A DNA stretch of 63,318 nucleotides, the filler included. It is 6 parts of 6 records of this genome, joined end to end, with 100 filler letters (N's around TTAATTAATTAA, not from the genome) between each part and the next. Parts side by side here need not be neighbours in the genome. Positions count along the whole stretch, not along the records: positions 26,509 to 47,366 come from SRR31156797_13891; positions 47,467 to 58,134 come from SRR31156797_13910; 4 more parts are not named here. One strand, given 5' to 3'. Under the pieces are notes generated by a model that did no database searches, was not told where the DNA came from, and saw nothing but the letters and a program-made list of their open reading frames with translations. Shown here in pieces: positions 40,903-51,004 of this stretch. Position 1 is the first letter of the stretch, and every line of letters starts with the position of its first letter. The translations under genes were made by a program, and so were the position numbers.

Positions 40903-42375
40903 TCAATCGTCATCGGAAATCGGAAAGACACCGGGCCGGACCCGTTTGTACGGCAGGGTGGACAGATCGGCCGGCCCCCAATCGGGCGTGTCGACGATCA
41001 GAATCTCGGCGGCCAGTTTTTCGTAAACCGCCCGGAAGTGGGTTTTCGAGCGCAGCACGATGACATCGAAATCGGCCGGATCCAGGCCGAACTGGCGGAA
41101 CGGGTCTTCGTCGATGGCGCTCAGGCTGCGTGTCGTGATCGAAACGACCATATCGCCGGTGTCGATGACGGCGGTCTCGCCAAGATCGATCAACTGGCCC
41201 TTTCGCATCGGCCCGGTGCCGGTGAAGGTCTTGTGCCCGCAATAGGTCACCCGGCCGGTGACGGTCACCGGCCCGCCGGCGCGCTCGCAGGACCTGCCGC
41301 CGACATCGAGTGTAATCTCGGCGCCTTCGCCGGCCGAAATGGCCTCGGCGGCGGCTTCCGGATCCCACAGATAGGGAACGGCGACCCGGCCGATCGGATT
41401 CTCGGACAGGGCCCGCAACAGCCAAGTCGAATCGTTCATGCGGTCGGCATGTTCAAGCAGCACCACCGGCTTTTTGCCCGCCGCCAACAGCTGCCGCGCC
41501 CGTTCGATCCCCGACTCGACGCTATGGACCAGATCCCGATGCATCAGGTCGTGGCGCCGATCCCAAATCCGGCTGCGCAGATCCTCGGCGACCCGGTCGG
41601 CCAGGGCGGCGTCGCCATTCGTGACGACGGCAACCGAAAAGCCGATCTGCGGCACGTCGGCATAGGCGAATCCGCAGAAAATCGAAACGTCGAGAACGCC
41701 TTCTTCGCGCCGTTCCCATTCTTGCCCGGCGGCAACGATGTCTTTCAGCGGCGGCACCGCCGTCGCCGTGAAAATGCTGGGCAGAACCAACGGCACCTTG
41801 ACCAGCCGCGTCACCGGTTCGATGTCGCCGCGCAAAGATCCCGTCAACAGGCGGGCCGCCCGGGCGCCGGTTTGTGCCATGTCGATATGCGGCGAATGGT
41901 GATAGCCGCAAAGGGCGGTGCAGGTGTCGGCAATTTTGGGCGCCAGATTGGCATGCAAATCGAGCGCCAGGACGATCGGAAAATCGGGACCGACAGCGGC
42001 GCGAACCGCTTCCATCAGATCCAACTCCGGATCGGGCCGGTTCGGCGTCGTCATGGCGCCGTGCAAAAACAACAGCGCCCCGTCGACACGCCCGGAAACC
42101 CCGGCCAGGGCGCCGCACAATTCGCCGCAGAATGTATCGAAGGCATCGTCGGAGGCATTTCCGGCGGCCGAGCGGTCGGTATGGACCAGAGGGAATACTT
42201 CGGCCTGCTCGGATTCCAACGCTTCGATGAATCCGCCGACGACACTTGCCGTTCCACGCAAACGTTCGACCAGTTGGGTACCTCTGAGTGCACTCTCTTC
42301 AAAATCCTCCCGGCTGGTCTCGATGGGCAGGAAGGATACGGATTCGAGGGCAAATCCGCCGATGGCGATTTTCAT
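40903..42375 (-). CDS. M81 (MlrC-like) metallopeptidase
   Basis: MKIAIGGFALES, LHGAM, LDLHAN, PHIDM, GFAYADVP, LRSKTHFRA. Confidence 0.88.
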   Translation of the reverse strand: MKIAIGGFALESVSFLPIETSREDFEESALRGTQLVERLRGTASVVGGFIEALESEQAEVFPLVHTDRSAAGNASDDAFDTFCGELCGALAGVSGRVDGALLFLHGAMTTPNRPDPELDLMEAVRAAVGPDFPIVLALDLHANLAPKIADTCTALCGYHHSPHIDMAQTGARAARLLTGSLRGDIEPVTRLVKVPLVLPSIFTATAVPPLKDIVAAGQEWERREEGVLDVSIFCGFAYADVPQIGFSVAVVTNGDAALADRVAEDLRSRIWDRRHDLMHRDLVHSVESGIERARQLLAAGKKPVVLLEHADRMNDSTWLLRALSENPIGRVAVPYLWDPEAAAEAISAGEGAEITLDVGGRSCERAGGPVTVTGRVTYCGHKTFTGTGPMRKGQLIDLGETAVIDTGDMVVSITTRSLSAIDEDPFRQFGLDPADFDVIVLRSKTHFRAVYEKLAAEILIVDTPDWGPADLSTLPYKRVRPGVFPISDDD

Positions 42376-42663
42376 GGAATTCCCTTTTTACGGCCGACGT
42401 ATAAATTCACGTTTGATCGATCATAGTAGGACCGACAAATCAAGCCATTCCGCGCGGTTTTTTCGTATCAATTTGGTTGCGCTGGCAGGTTCGATAGGGC
42501 ATCGTTCTCGGCAATGCGGGGCTTTTGGCCGGATTTGTTAGGCTTGCGCCGCTTCCGTGTTTAGGAGGGACACGGTCACCTAAGCATATAGCCTGTGTGC
42601 TGGCTTCAGACCGGCATTGGGTTTGCTTACGATATCCACGCGATTTACCTGGGAGGTATATCG

Positions 42664-44241
42664 ATGAAGTATAAGACCTTTGTCACCTTGGTGGCCGGCA
42701 CCGCGACCGCGTTGTTGCTGGCCGGGGCCGCCAGTGCGAAAGACCTGACCGTCGGCATGGCGTCCGAGCCGAACTCGATGGATCCGCACTACCATAATCT
42801 CAGCCCGAACAACATGCTGTCCGCAGCCGTGTTCGATAAGCTTGTTCTGCAGGACGAAGTCCAGAACAAGGTGCCGGGATTGGCCGAATCCTGGAAACAA
42901 TTGGCCCCCGATACCTGGCAAATCAATTTGCGTAAAGGCGTCAAATGGCATGACGGTTCGCCGTTCACCGCCGCCGACGTCGAATTCACCATCGGACGTG
43001 CCGGCAACGTGCCGAACAGCCCGTCTTCATTCGCCCTGTACACCAAGGTTATCAAGGGCGTTGAGATCGTCGACGATCATACGGTCAAGCTTATGACGGA
43101 CGGTCCGTTCCCGCTGATGGTCGACTATTTGAGCGGATTCTGCATCGTTTCGAAAAAAGCCGGAGAAGGCGCCACGACGCAGGACTACAATTCCGGCAAG
43201 GCCATGGTCGGCACCGGCCCCTACAAGTTCGTCGAATGGGTACCGGGCGATCACGCCACCTATGAGCGCAATGCCGACTATTGGGGCCCCAAGGCGCCGT
43301 GGGACAAAGTTGTCGTCAAACCGATTACCAACGGCTCGGCCCGGATCGCCGCGCTTCTGGCCGGCGACGTCGACTTCATCGATTTCCCGTCCCCGACCGA
43401 CATTCCAAACCTGCGGAAAGACGAGAAGGTGTCGCTGTCGCAGATTGGTTCGAACCGGTTGATCTATCTGCACATCGACTCGAACCGGGATGAAAGCCCG
43501 TTTGTGACCGATCTGAACGGCAATAAGCTGACGAAAAACCCGCTCAAGGACCCGAAGGTTCGTCGCGCCATTTCGCTGGCCATCAACCGCGAAGCCATTG
43601 CCGAACGCGTGATGGAAGGTCTGGCGGTACCGGCTGGTCAGTTGATGCCGCCGAACGTCTATGCGACCGTTCCCGAAATCAAGCCCGATCCGTACGATCC
43701 GGAGAAAGCCAAGGCGCTGCTCAAGGAAGCCGGCTGGGGCGACGGATTCGGCCTGACCATCCACGGCCCGAACGATCGCTACGTCAACGATGCCAAGATC
43801 GCTCAGGCGATCGCCCAGATGCTGACCCGCGTCGGCATCAAGACCGCGGTCGATACCATGCCGAAGAACGTCTATTTCGGCAAAGCCTCGGCGCTGAACT
43901 TCAGCCTGATGCTGGTCGGCTGGGCATCGGGCTCGGGTGAACCGTCGAACCCGCTGCGGGCGCTCCTGCACACCTACGACAAGGCCAAAGGCCTCGGCGC
44001 CACCAATCGTGGCCGTTTCTCCAACGCCATGATGGACGCCAAGGTTGACGCCGCCATGAAGGCCCCGACCCGCGAAGAGTGGGCGAAGCTGACGCAGGAA
44101 GCCACGAAGATCGCCATGGGCGATCTGGGCATTATCCCGATCCACTATCAGGTCAATGTCTGGGCCATGCGCAAGGGCCTTGAGTACAAGGCACGCGCGG
44201 ATGAATACACCCTGATCCAGGGCGTCGTCCCCGCAATGTAA
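42664..44241 (+). CDS. Peptide/nickel ABC substrate-binding protein (family 5)
   Basis: Signal peptide; SMDPHYH, LRKGVKWHDGSPFTAADV, GTGPYKF. Confidence 0.92.
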   Translation: MKYKTFVTLVAGTATALLLAGAASAKDLTVGMASEPNSMDPHYHNLSPNNMLSAAVFDKLVLQDEVQNKVPGLAESWKQLAPDTWQINLRKGVKWHDGSPFTAADVEFTIGRAGNVPNSPSSFALYTKVIKGVEIVDDHTVKLMTDGPFPLMVDYLSGFCIVSKKAGEGATTQDYNSGKAMVGTGPYKFVEWVPGDHATYERNADYWGPKAPWDKVVVKPITNGSARIAALLAGDVDFIDFPSPTDIPNLRKDEKVSLSQIGSNRLIYLHIDSNRDESPFVTDLNGNKLTKNPLKDPKVRRAISLAINREAIAERVMEGLAVPAGQLMPPNVYATVPEIKPDPYDPEKAKALLKEAGWGDGFGLTIHGPNDRYVNDAKIAQAIAQMLTRVGIKTAVDTMPKNVYFGKASALNFSLMLVGWASGSGEPSNPLRALLHTYDKAKGLGATNRGRFSNAMMDAKVDAAMKAPTREEWAKLTQEATKIAMGDLGIIPIHYQVNVWAMRKGLEYKARADEYTLIQGVVPAM

Positions 44242-44270
44242 CAGCCAGAAGGCTGCAAGAAAAATGTGAT

Positions 44271-44329
44271 CGGCCCGTGCGTTTCCTTCCCGAGGCCAAA
44301 CCGCCGAAAGAAGGGAACGCACGGGTCCG
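44271..44329 (+). other. Intercistronic stem-loop after the SBP gene
   Basis: CCCGTGCGTTTCCTTC...GAAGGGAACGCACGGG. Confidence 0.6.
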
Positions 44330-44359
44330 ATATTCCGGGTCAGAAAAAGGGCCGCATCG

Positions 44360-45337
44360 TTGTTAGTTTTCCTAATTCGACGCACCTCACAAAGCGTCGT
44401 CGTTCTACTGATCATGTCACTGCTGGTGTTCGTCGGGGTTTACGCCATCGGCAACCCGGTCGACATCCTGATCAGCCCCGAAGCCGATCAGGCCGAGATC
44501 GAGCGCGTCATCAGATCGCTCGGCCTCGACCGTCCCTTGTGGGAGCAGTACTGGATATTTCTGGTCAAGGCCCTGCAAGGCGACCTTGGAAATTCATTTG
44601 TTTACAACCAGCCCGCCCTGAAGCTGATTCTGGCGCGCATGCCGGCAACCCTGGAACTGGCATTCTGCGCCGTGATAATCGCCATCTTCCTGGGCATTCC
44701 TCTCGGCATGATCGCCGGTCTGAGGCCGGATGCGTGGTATTCGCGCACAATCATGAGCATTTCGATCCTCGGTTTCAGCCTGCCGACTTTCTGGGTCGGA
44801 TTGATGATGATCATGGTATTCGCCGTGATGGTCGGATGGCTGCCGGCCTCGGGACGCGGCGATACGGTCGATTTGTTCGGCGTACCGGTCAGTTTCCTGA
44901 CCTGGGACGGCTTGCAGCACCTTTTATTGCCGGCCATCAACCTGGGTCTGTTCAAGATTTCACTGGTCATTCGTTTGACCCGCGCCGGTATGCGCGAAAA
45001 CCTGCTGATGGATTTCGTCAAGTTCGCCTACGCCAAGGGACTGTCCCATTCGCGGGTGATCTTCGTCCATGTGCTCAAGAACATCATGGTCCCGGTTGTC
45101 ACCGTCGTCGGTCTCGAACTCGGCAACGTCATCGCGTTTGCCGTCGTTACCGAGTCGATCTTCGCCTGGCCGGGCATGGGTAAGCTGCTGATTGATTCGA
45201 TCGGCCTTCTCGACCGGCCGATCGTCGTCGCCTATCTGCTGATCACGGTTCTGATGTTCATCTTCATCAACCTGGTCGTCGATATCCTTTATTCGGTGTT
45301 GGATCCGCGGGTCCGGCTCGGGGAGATGAAGTCATGA
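44360..45337 (+). CDS. Peptide ABC permease (DppB-like)
   Basis: LGLDRPLWEQY, MPATLEL, VTESIFAWPGMG, VDILYSVLDPR. Confidence 0.92.
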   Translation: MLVFLIRRTSQSVVVLLIMSLLVFVGVYAIGNPVDILISPEADQAEIERVIRSLGLDRPLWEQYWIFLVKALQGDLGNSFVYNQPALKLILARMPATLELAFCAVIIAIFLGIPLGMIAGLRPDAWYSRTIMSISILGFSLPTFWVGLMMIMVFAVMVGWLPASGRGDTVDLFGVPVSFLTWDGLQHLLLPAINLGLFKISLVIRLTRAGMRENLLMDFVKFAYAKGLSHSRVIFVHVLKNIMVPVVTVVGLELGNVIAFAVVTESIFAWPGMGKLLIDSIGLLDRPIVVAYLLITVLMFIFINLVVDILYSVLDPRVRLGEMKS

Positions 45338-46269
45338 CCGCCGCCCCCGAAACCGCCACCATCGCCGTCGCCGACGACGCCCCGATCCCGCCGCCGCAAA
45401 CGCCGTTTCAGCTGTTCGTATCGGATTTCCTGGAAAGCCGGCTGGCCGTCCTCGGCTTGATCACCTTCACGATCGTCCTGGTGATCGCGCTTTTGGCGCC
45501 GTACCTGTCGCCGCAGAACCCCTACGACCTGATGCAGCTCGACATCATGAACGGCAAGTTGCCGCCGGGCGCCCAGGACATGATGGGCGAGATGACCTTC
45601 GTCCTGGGCACCGACGATCAGGGCCGCGACCTGCTGAGCGGTATCTTCTACGGCCTGCGCATCAGTCTTTTCGTCGGCGTTGCCAGCGCCTTCATTTCGC
45701 TGGTCATCGGCGCCGCCGTCGGCCTTTTCGCGGCTTATGCCGGCGGCCGCTGGGACGGCTTCCTGATGCGAGTCGTCGATATCCAGCTGAGCTTCCCGGC
45801 GATCCTGATCGCATTGATCCTGCTGGCCGTGCTCGGCCAGGGTGTCGACAAGATCATCATCGCCCTGGTCGTCACCCAGTGGGCCTATTACGCCCGTACC
45901 GTGCGGAGTTCGGCCCTGGTCGAACGCAGCAAGGAATATATCGAAGCGGCCATCTGCCTGAGCCTGGGCACCCGGCGGATCATCTTCGGCCACCTGCTGC
46001 CGAATTGCATGCCGCCCCTGATCGTCGTCGTTACCATGCGCGTTGCCTATGCGGTGATGCTCGAGGCAACGCTTTCCTTCCTCGGCATGGGCCTTCCGAT
46101 CACCGAACCGTCCCTCGGCCTGTTGATCGCCAATGGCTTCGAATACATGCTCAGCGGCAAATACTGGATCAGCTTCTTTCCGGGACTGGCGCTTCTGGTC
46201 ACCATCGTCAGCATCAATCTGGTCGGCGACCATATGCGCGACATATTGAACCCCCGGCTTCAAAAATGA
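45334..46269 (+). CDS. Peptide ABC permease (DppC-like)
   Basis: LGTDDQGRD, HLLPN, EATLSFLG. Confidence 0.92.
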   Translation: MTAAPETATIAVADDAPIPPPQTPFQLFVSDFLESRLAVLGLITFTIVLVIALLAPYLSPQNPYDLMQLDIMNGKLPPGAQDMMGEMTFVLGTDDQGRDLLSGIFYGLRISLFVGVASAFISLVIGAAVGLFAAYAGGRWDGFLMRVVDIQLSFPAILIALILLAVLGQGVDKIIIALVVTQWAYYARTVRSSALVERSKEYIEAAICLSLGTRRIIFGHLLPNCMPPLIVVVTMRVAYAVMLEATLSFLGMGLPITEPSLGLLIANGFEYMLSGKYWISFFPGLALLVTIVSINLVGDHMRDILNPRLQK

Positions 46270-46288
46270 GCGGCAGGGAAACAAAAAG

Positions 46289-47275
46289 ATGAACCAAAAC
46301 CCCCCTACGCTGGTGGTCGAAGGCCTGAAAACGCAGTTTTTCTCGAAGGTCGGCGTCGTCAAGGCGGTGGACGACGTGTCGTTTACCGTCGACCGCGGCC
46401 AGGTCATGGGTCTGGTCGGCGAATCGGGTTCCGGCAAATCGGTGACCGGGTTTTCCGTGCTCGGCCTTGTCGACCCGCCGGGCCGGATCGTCGAAGGCAA
46501 GATCCTGTTCAACGGCGAAGACCTGGTGCAGATGCCCGAGTCCGAATGGCGCGACATCCGCGGCCGCAAGATCGCGATGATCTTCCAGGACCCGATGATG
46601 ACGCTCAATCCGGTTCTGCGCATCGATACCCAGATGATCGAGGCGATCCGGGCCCACGACAAAAAGATCGACCGCGAAAGCGCCCGGCAACGCTGCCGGG
46701 ACGTGCTCGGGCAGGTCGGTATCCCGTCGCCGGACGAACGGTTGAAATCCTATCCGCACCAGTTCTCGGGTGGCATGCGGCAACGCGTCGCCATCGCCAT
46801 CGCGCTTCTCAACAAACCCGATCTGATCATCGCCGACGAACCGACGACGGCCTTGGACGTGACGATCCAGGCGCAGATCCTGTTCGAGGCGCAGAAACTG
46901 GCCCGCGAAACCGGAACGGCCCTGATCTGGATCACCCACGACCTGACCGTGGTCGCCGGTCTGGCCGACAAGATCTGCGTCATGTATGCCGGCAAGATCG
47001 TCGAACAGGGCACCATCGACGATGTCCTCGATACGCCGCTGCACCCCTATACCCACGGCCTGATCGGCAGCGTGCCGAGCCGCAACAAGCGGGGCAGCGC
47101 GCTGTATCAAATTCCCGGTATGACGCCGTCGCTGATCAAACTGCCGCCGGGATGCGGTTTCCGCGACCGCTGCGCCCGCGCCCAGGAGAAATGCCACGCC
47201 GAACCGGAATTCTCCAGCCCGGTTCCGGGTCGCCGGGTTCGGTGCTTCTTCCCGCATCTGGATGAAACGCCATGA
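46289..47275 (+). CDS. Peptide ABC ATPase (DppD-like)
   Basis: [34 protein letters not shown]-terminal Cys motif. Confidence 0.93.
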   Translation: MNQNPPTLVVEGLKTQFFSKVGVVKAVDDVSFTVDRGQVMGLVGESGSGKSVTGFSVLGLVDPPGRIVEGKILFNGEDLVQMPESEWRDIRGRKIAMIFQDPMMTLNPVLRIDTQMIEAIRAHDKKIDRESARQRCRDVLGQVGIPSPDERLKSYPHQFSGGMRQRVAIAIALLNKPDLIIADEPTTALDVTIQAQILFEAQKLARETGTALIWITHDLTVVAGLADKICVMYAGKIVEQGTIDDVLDTPLHPYTHGLIGSVPSRNKRGSALYQIPGMTPSLIKLPPGCGFRDRCARAQEKCHAEPEFSSPVPGRRVRCFFPHLDETP

Positions 47276-47366
47276 CCGGTACAGCGCCCGAAACCCCTCT
47301 GATCGATATCCGCAACGTTTCCAAGCGGTTCGTCAAACATCTGGATTTCGCCGGCAAGATCGCCCA
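47272..47366 (+). CDS. Second peptide ABC ATPase (5' fragment)
   Basis: ATGA overlap with the preceding stop; [20 protein letters not shown]. Confidence 0.65.
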
Positions 47367-47466
47367 NNNNNNNNNNNNNNNNNNNNNNNNNNNNNNNNNN
47401 NNNNNNNNNNTTAATTAATTAANNNNNNNNNNNNNNNNNNNNNNNNNNNNNNNNNNNNNNNNNNNN
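47367..47466. other. Artificial contig-join spacer
   Basis: N run containing TTAATTAATTAA. Confidence 0.98.
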
Positions 47467-47667
47467 CTTATACTCCTCCCAGGCCCTTCCCTTGCGCAGG
47501 GAATCGGGCAGTTCCCCGTCTATAAGGGTCTCCCTGGCGGGGTAGTGATCCAGGCGGATATCGAATTCCGAGACCAGCAGACGATCGTACCAGCTGCTCC
47601 CCCTCAGCTCCCCGTAGAGGCAGGGGACCGGGCCGTCAGACGGAGCTTCCTTGTCGGGGGCTCTCAC
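47467..47667 (-). CDS. Hypothetical protein (5' fragment) coupled to the sugar ABC operon
   Basis: GTGA overlap with the permease stop; frame open to the contig edge. Confidence 0.45.
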
Positions 47668-48491
47668 TCTTTCAGTCCTCCGTCCATCAGCCCGCTGATG
47701 ATCTTTTTCTGGAGCACCAGCACCATGGTGATCAGGGGGATCACGATGACCACGGAAGCGGCCATGATGGTTCCCCAGGGGATGTAGTTCTCAGACTCAT
47801 AGAGCTTCAGGCCCACCGTCACAGTCTTCACCTTCACAGGATTCATGACCAGGGCAAACAGATATTCGTTCCAGACCTGGATGAACACCAGGATGCCCAC
47901 CGTAAAGACGCCGGGACCCAGAAGGGGAAGGATGATCTTCCTGAAACAGGTAAAGGGGCCGGCTCCGTCGATCTCCGCGGCGTCCTCCAGATCGGAGGGG
48001 ATGGAGCGCATATAGGGGGTGAGGAACCAGATGGCCGTGGTCAGGGTGAACAGGGTATTGGTGATGATAAGGCCCCCGTGGCTGTTCAGAAGCCCCATCT
48101 TCTGGATGATCCTGAAGATGGGATTCACGATGACGATGGGGGGCAGCAGGGATATGGAGAGGACCAGCAGCATCAGGGCGTTCTTCCCGCGTATGGGAGT
48201 CCTGGCCAGGGCGTAGGCTCCCATGCTGCCCAGGGCCAGGGAAAGCAGGGTCGCCGCAAAGGATATGATGGCGCTGTTCCCCAGGAATCCCGCCAGGGGC
48301 TGGGAGGTAAAGGCCCTTTGGTAGTTCAGCAGGGTGGGGACCGAGGGGAACCATCTGAGGGTAAAGATATCCCTTTCCAGCTTGACCGAGCTGACCAGCT
48401 GCCAGAAGAATGGAAAACCGATGACCACCACGAAGATGCCGGAAAAGATGTAAAATAGAATTCTGTCGCGAAGCTCGCCTTTCATCATCAT
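47664..48491 (-). CDS. Carbohydrate ABC permease (MalG-like)
   Basis: FLGNS, IPSDLEDAAEIDGA, WNEYLFAL, WGTIMAAS. Confidence 0.92.
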   Translation of the reverse strand: MMMKGELRDRILFYIFSGIFVVVIGFPFFWQLVSSVKLERDIFTLRWFPSVPTLLNYQRAFTSQPLAGFLGNSAIISFAATLLSLALGSMGAYALARTPIRGKNALMLLVLSISLLPPIVIVNPIFRIIQKMGLLNSHGGLIITNTLFTLTTAIWFLTPYMRSIPSDLEDAAEIDGAGPFTCFRKIILPLLGPGVFTVGILVFIQVWNEYLFALVMNPVKVKTVTVGLKLYESENYIPWGTIMAASVVIVIPLITMVLVLQKKIISGLMDGGLKE

Positions 48492-49504
48492 GGTTGGTTC
48501 CTTTGTCCTACCGAGTCTCCACCGGAGGCTTGGTGATTTTCTCTCATAGGGCCTAAGGGCCTGTGTCCTACCGAGTCTCCGCCGGAGACTCGACGATTTG
48601 TTCTCTTGGGGCCTGAGGGCCTTTTCCCGCTGAGGCTGACCTTCTCCTGGATAACATGGAGGAACATCAGGGCGATGAGAACGGTCATTATGAATGTCAC
48701 GCTGGCGAGGGCCGAGCCATAGCCGTAGTTTCCGGCGTCGAAGTATGTCCGCAGGGTGTAGAGTGTCAGAGACTCTGTGGTATTGGCCGGCCCTCCGTTG
48801 GTCAGGGCGACTATGATGGTATAGACCTTGAAGGACTGGATCATCCGGAACAGAAGGGCCGTCGAGAGGATCGGCTTCAGCAGGGGCAGGGTTATTCTGA
48901 AGTAACGTACGGCCCCTCCCGCGCCGTCTATGGAGGCCGCTTCCATCAGATGACGGGGAATGTTCTGCAGCCCCGCGAGGACCAGCAGGGACACATAGGG
49001 CGCCGTTTTCCAAATATCCGCCAGGATCAGGATAAACCGGGCCGTCTCCGTCTGGCTGAGCCAGGGTATGAACCTTTCTATAATGCCGGCGGACTGAAGG
49101 ATCTGATTGAACACGCCGTACTGGTCATGAACCATGATATTCCACATAAAGCCGCTGACGATGGTGGGGATGGCCCAGGGTATCAGTACGACGACCCGGA
49201 GCACGGCCTTTCCCTTGTACTCACGGTTCATAAACTGGGCGAATAACAGCCCCAGGATCAGCTCTGCCGATACGGTGGCTGCCGTGAACAGCAGGGTGAA
49301 GGACAAAGCCGTGTAAAAGCGTTCGGTCGTCAATAGGCGGATGTAGTGCTTCAGCCCGACGAATTGCTTCATCTCTCCGAACTGAAGGCGGTATTCGAAG
49401 AAGCCCAGGACCAGTGTCCTCAGGACGGGGTAGACGGCGAATACCGCAAAGATGATCAGGGTAGGAGAGATCATCAGGTATCCCAGTTGCTTTCTCGTCA
49501 TCAA
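48488..49504 (-). CDS. Carbohydrate ABC permease (MalF-like) with a repeat-derived C-terminal extension
   Basis: LIPWAIP, DIWKTAP, EAASIDGA, TNGGPANTT. Confidence 0.92.
   Translation of the reverse strand: MMTRKQLGYLMISPTLIIFAVFAVYPVLRTLVLGFFEYRLQFGEMKQFVGLKHYIRLLTTERFYTALSFTLLFTAATVSAELILGLLFAQFMNREYKGKAVLRVVVLIPWAIPTIVSGFMWNIMVHDQYGVFNQILQSAGIIERFIPWLSQTETARFILILADIWKTAPYVSLLVLAGLQNIPRHLMEAASIDGAGGAVRYFRITLPLLKPILSTALLFRMIQSFKVYTIIVALTNGGPANTTESLTLYTLRTYFDAGNYGYGSALASVTFIMTVLIALMFLHVIQEKVSLSGKRPSGPKRTNRRVSGGDSVGHRPLGPMRENHQASGGDSVGQRNQP
48501..48620. repeat. Two 60-bp tandem units with an internal hairpin
   Basis: CT(T/G)TGTCCTACCGAGTCTCC(A/G)CCGGAG(G/A)CT...GGGCCT(A/G)AGGGC at 48501 and 48561; perfect CGAGTCTCC-GCC-GGAGACTCG stem in unit 2. 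Confidence 0.9.
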
Positions 49505-49598
49505 TTTCTCTCCTGACAGGAAGGACCGGTCTCTCGTTGTCCTGGGACAGTGGAAGACCGGTCCGGAATCGTTAATTAGAAAAAGGAATGGCCAGAGC

Positions 49599-50867
49599 CT
49601 ACTGGCCGACCTTCATCATCTCTTTTTCCGCGTCGGCCAGGGCCTGGGCGGCTGTCTTTTCCCCTCTCAGGGCATTCTGGACCTCAACCTGGATGACCGA
49701 TGAGATCTCCGCATAGAAGGGAGACTGGGGGCGGGGAACGGCGTTCTCGAGAACCCCGGTGATCATGCCGAAGAAGGGATTCTGCTTCAGGATCTCGGGA
49801 TCGTCATAAAGGCTGCGCCGGGCGGGGAGGTAGGAGTCGTTCAGGGCATGCATCTTCATGGCCTCTTCGCCGGTGTAAAACTTCATGAATTTCAGGGCCG
49901 CTTCCTTGTTCTCCGAGTTCTTGTTCAGGAAGAGCTGCCAGCCCCCCAGGGTGGAGTGTCCGCGCTTGCCGCTGGCTCCCCTGGGCAGTTCCGCGACGCC
50001 GAGCTTGCCGGCGACGGTGGAGTTCTCGGGATTCTGTCCCAGGGCATAGGCCTTGGGCCAGGCTCTCATAAAGACCTGTTTTCCCTGGAACATGGAGGCC
50101 CGGGCGTCCCCCGAACCGTAGGACAGGGCTCCCTCGGGGAACATACCTTCCTTGTAGCTACGGGCCATCAGCTCCAGGATCTCCACGTTCTCCGGGCTGT
50201 TGATCCGGATCTCGCCTTTGCTATCTATGACCTCTCCGCCGTTGGAGTAGAACCATTCGACCGCATTACAGGTCAGGCCTTCGTACTGTTTGATGGAGCC
50301 TACGAGGGCGTACATCTCATCGCTCTCGGCATCCATGATCTCACGGGAGGTTTCAAAGAGCTCGTCCCATGTCTCGGGAACACCCTTTCCATGCTTCTCA
50401 AGCAGGTCGCTGCGGTAGTAGAGGACGCCCGCGTCTGTGCGGAAGGGGATTCCCCATACCTTGCCGTTGTAGCTGGCGGCGCTGATGGTTCCGGGAAGGA
50501 AGGCCTTGCGCTCGGAGGCGGGGAATTCCTTGCTCAGATCGTCGACCAGTCCCGCAGACGCGAATATGGGGGTCCAGGTCACATCGGCGTTAAAGAAATC
50601 GATGGAACTGTCGCCGCTCCTCAGGGCTATCAGAAGGGCCTGAAGTTTGTCTGTGGTGTTTTCCGGCAGCTCGATAAGGTTGATTCCGATCTCAGGCTCT
50701 TCCTCACGAAAGGCGTCGATGATGGCCTGCTGGGTGTTATTCAGGGTGGACGCGTGGGCGTACCAATTCAATTCGACCGGTCCGGACGGGTCCTCCTGCT
50801 GTCCTCCCGCTGTTACCGGTGCTAATACGGCTGCCGTCAGAATGAGGCAGATAAGGATTTTTTTCAT
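49599..50867 (-). CDS. Carbohydrate ABC substrate-binding protein (trehalose/maltose ThuE-like)
   Basis: Signal peptide followed by GGQQE (spirochaete style); DVTWTPIFA, TDAGVLYYR, QYEGLTCN, TLGGWQL. Confidence 0.9.
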   Translation of the reverse strand: MKKILICLILTAAVLAPVTAGGQQEDPSGPVELNWYAHASTLNNTQQAIIDAFREEEPEIGINLIELPENTTDKLQALLIALRSGDSSIDFFNADVTWTPIFASAGLVDDLSKEFPASERKAFLPGTISAASYNGKVWGIPFRTDAGVLYYRSDLLEKHGKGVPETWDELFETSREIMDAESDEMYALVGSIKQYEGLTCNAVEWFYSNGGEVIDSKGEIRINSPENVEILELMARSYKEGMFPEGALSYGSGDARASMFQGKQVFMRAWPKAYALGQNPENSTVAGKLGVAELPRGASGKRGHSTLGGWQLFLNKNSENKEAALKFMKFYTGEEAMKMHALNDSYLPARRSLYDDPEILKQNPFFGMITGVLENAVPRPQSPFYAEISSVIQVEVQNALRGEKTAAQALADAEKEMMKVGQ

Positions 50868-50879
50868 TTTTCTCCTCCT

Positions 50880-50975
50880 GTGTAATATCTTGCGTATTAT
50901 ACATGATATTGCGTATTTGGATATTAATCAATCATAAAACTATGCAAAATATGTTATAAACGCTATATCTTGCAT
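50880..50975. promoter_or_regulatory. Four 16-bp pseudo-palindromic operators in the divergent promoter
   Basis: GTGTAA-TATC-TTGCGT (50880), ATACAT-GATA-TTGCGT (50899), ATGCAA-AATA-TGTTAT (50942), ACGCTA-TATC-TTGCAT (50960). Confidence 0.6.
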
Positions 50976-51004
50976 GTTTGGACTAAATATGCTACTTTTT
51001 ATAT

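Noticed and set aside
26509-47366. Long antisense or overlapping ORFs (e.g. 27215-28972, 35679-37652, 39569-41026, 43027-44415, 45289-46662)
   Set aside because: These are shadow ORFs of well-supported genes in high-GC DNA and show no motifs.
48501-48620. CRISPR array in the sugar ABC operon
   Set aside because: Only two units, similar along their full length, with no unique spacer and no cas genes on this contig.
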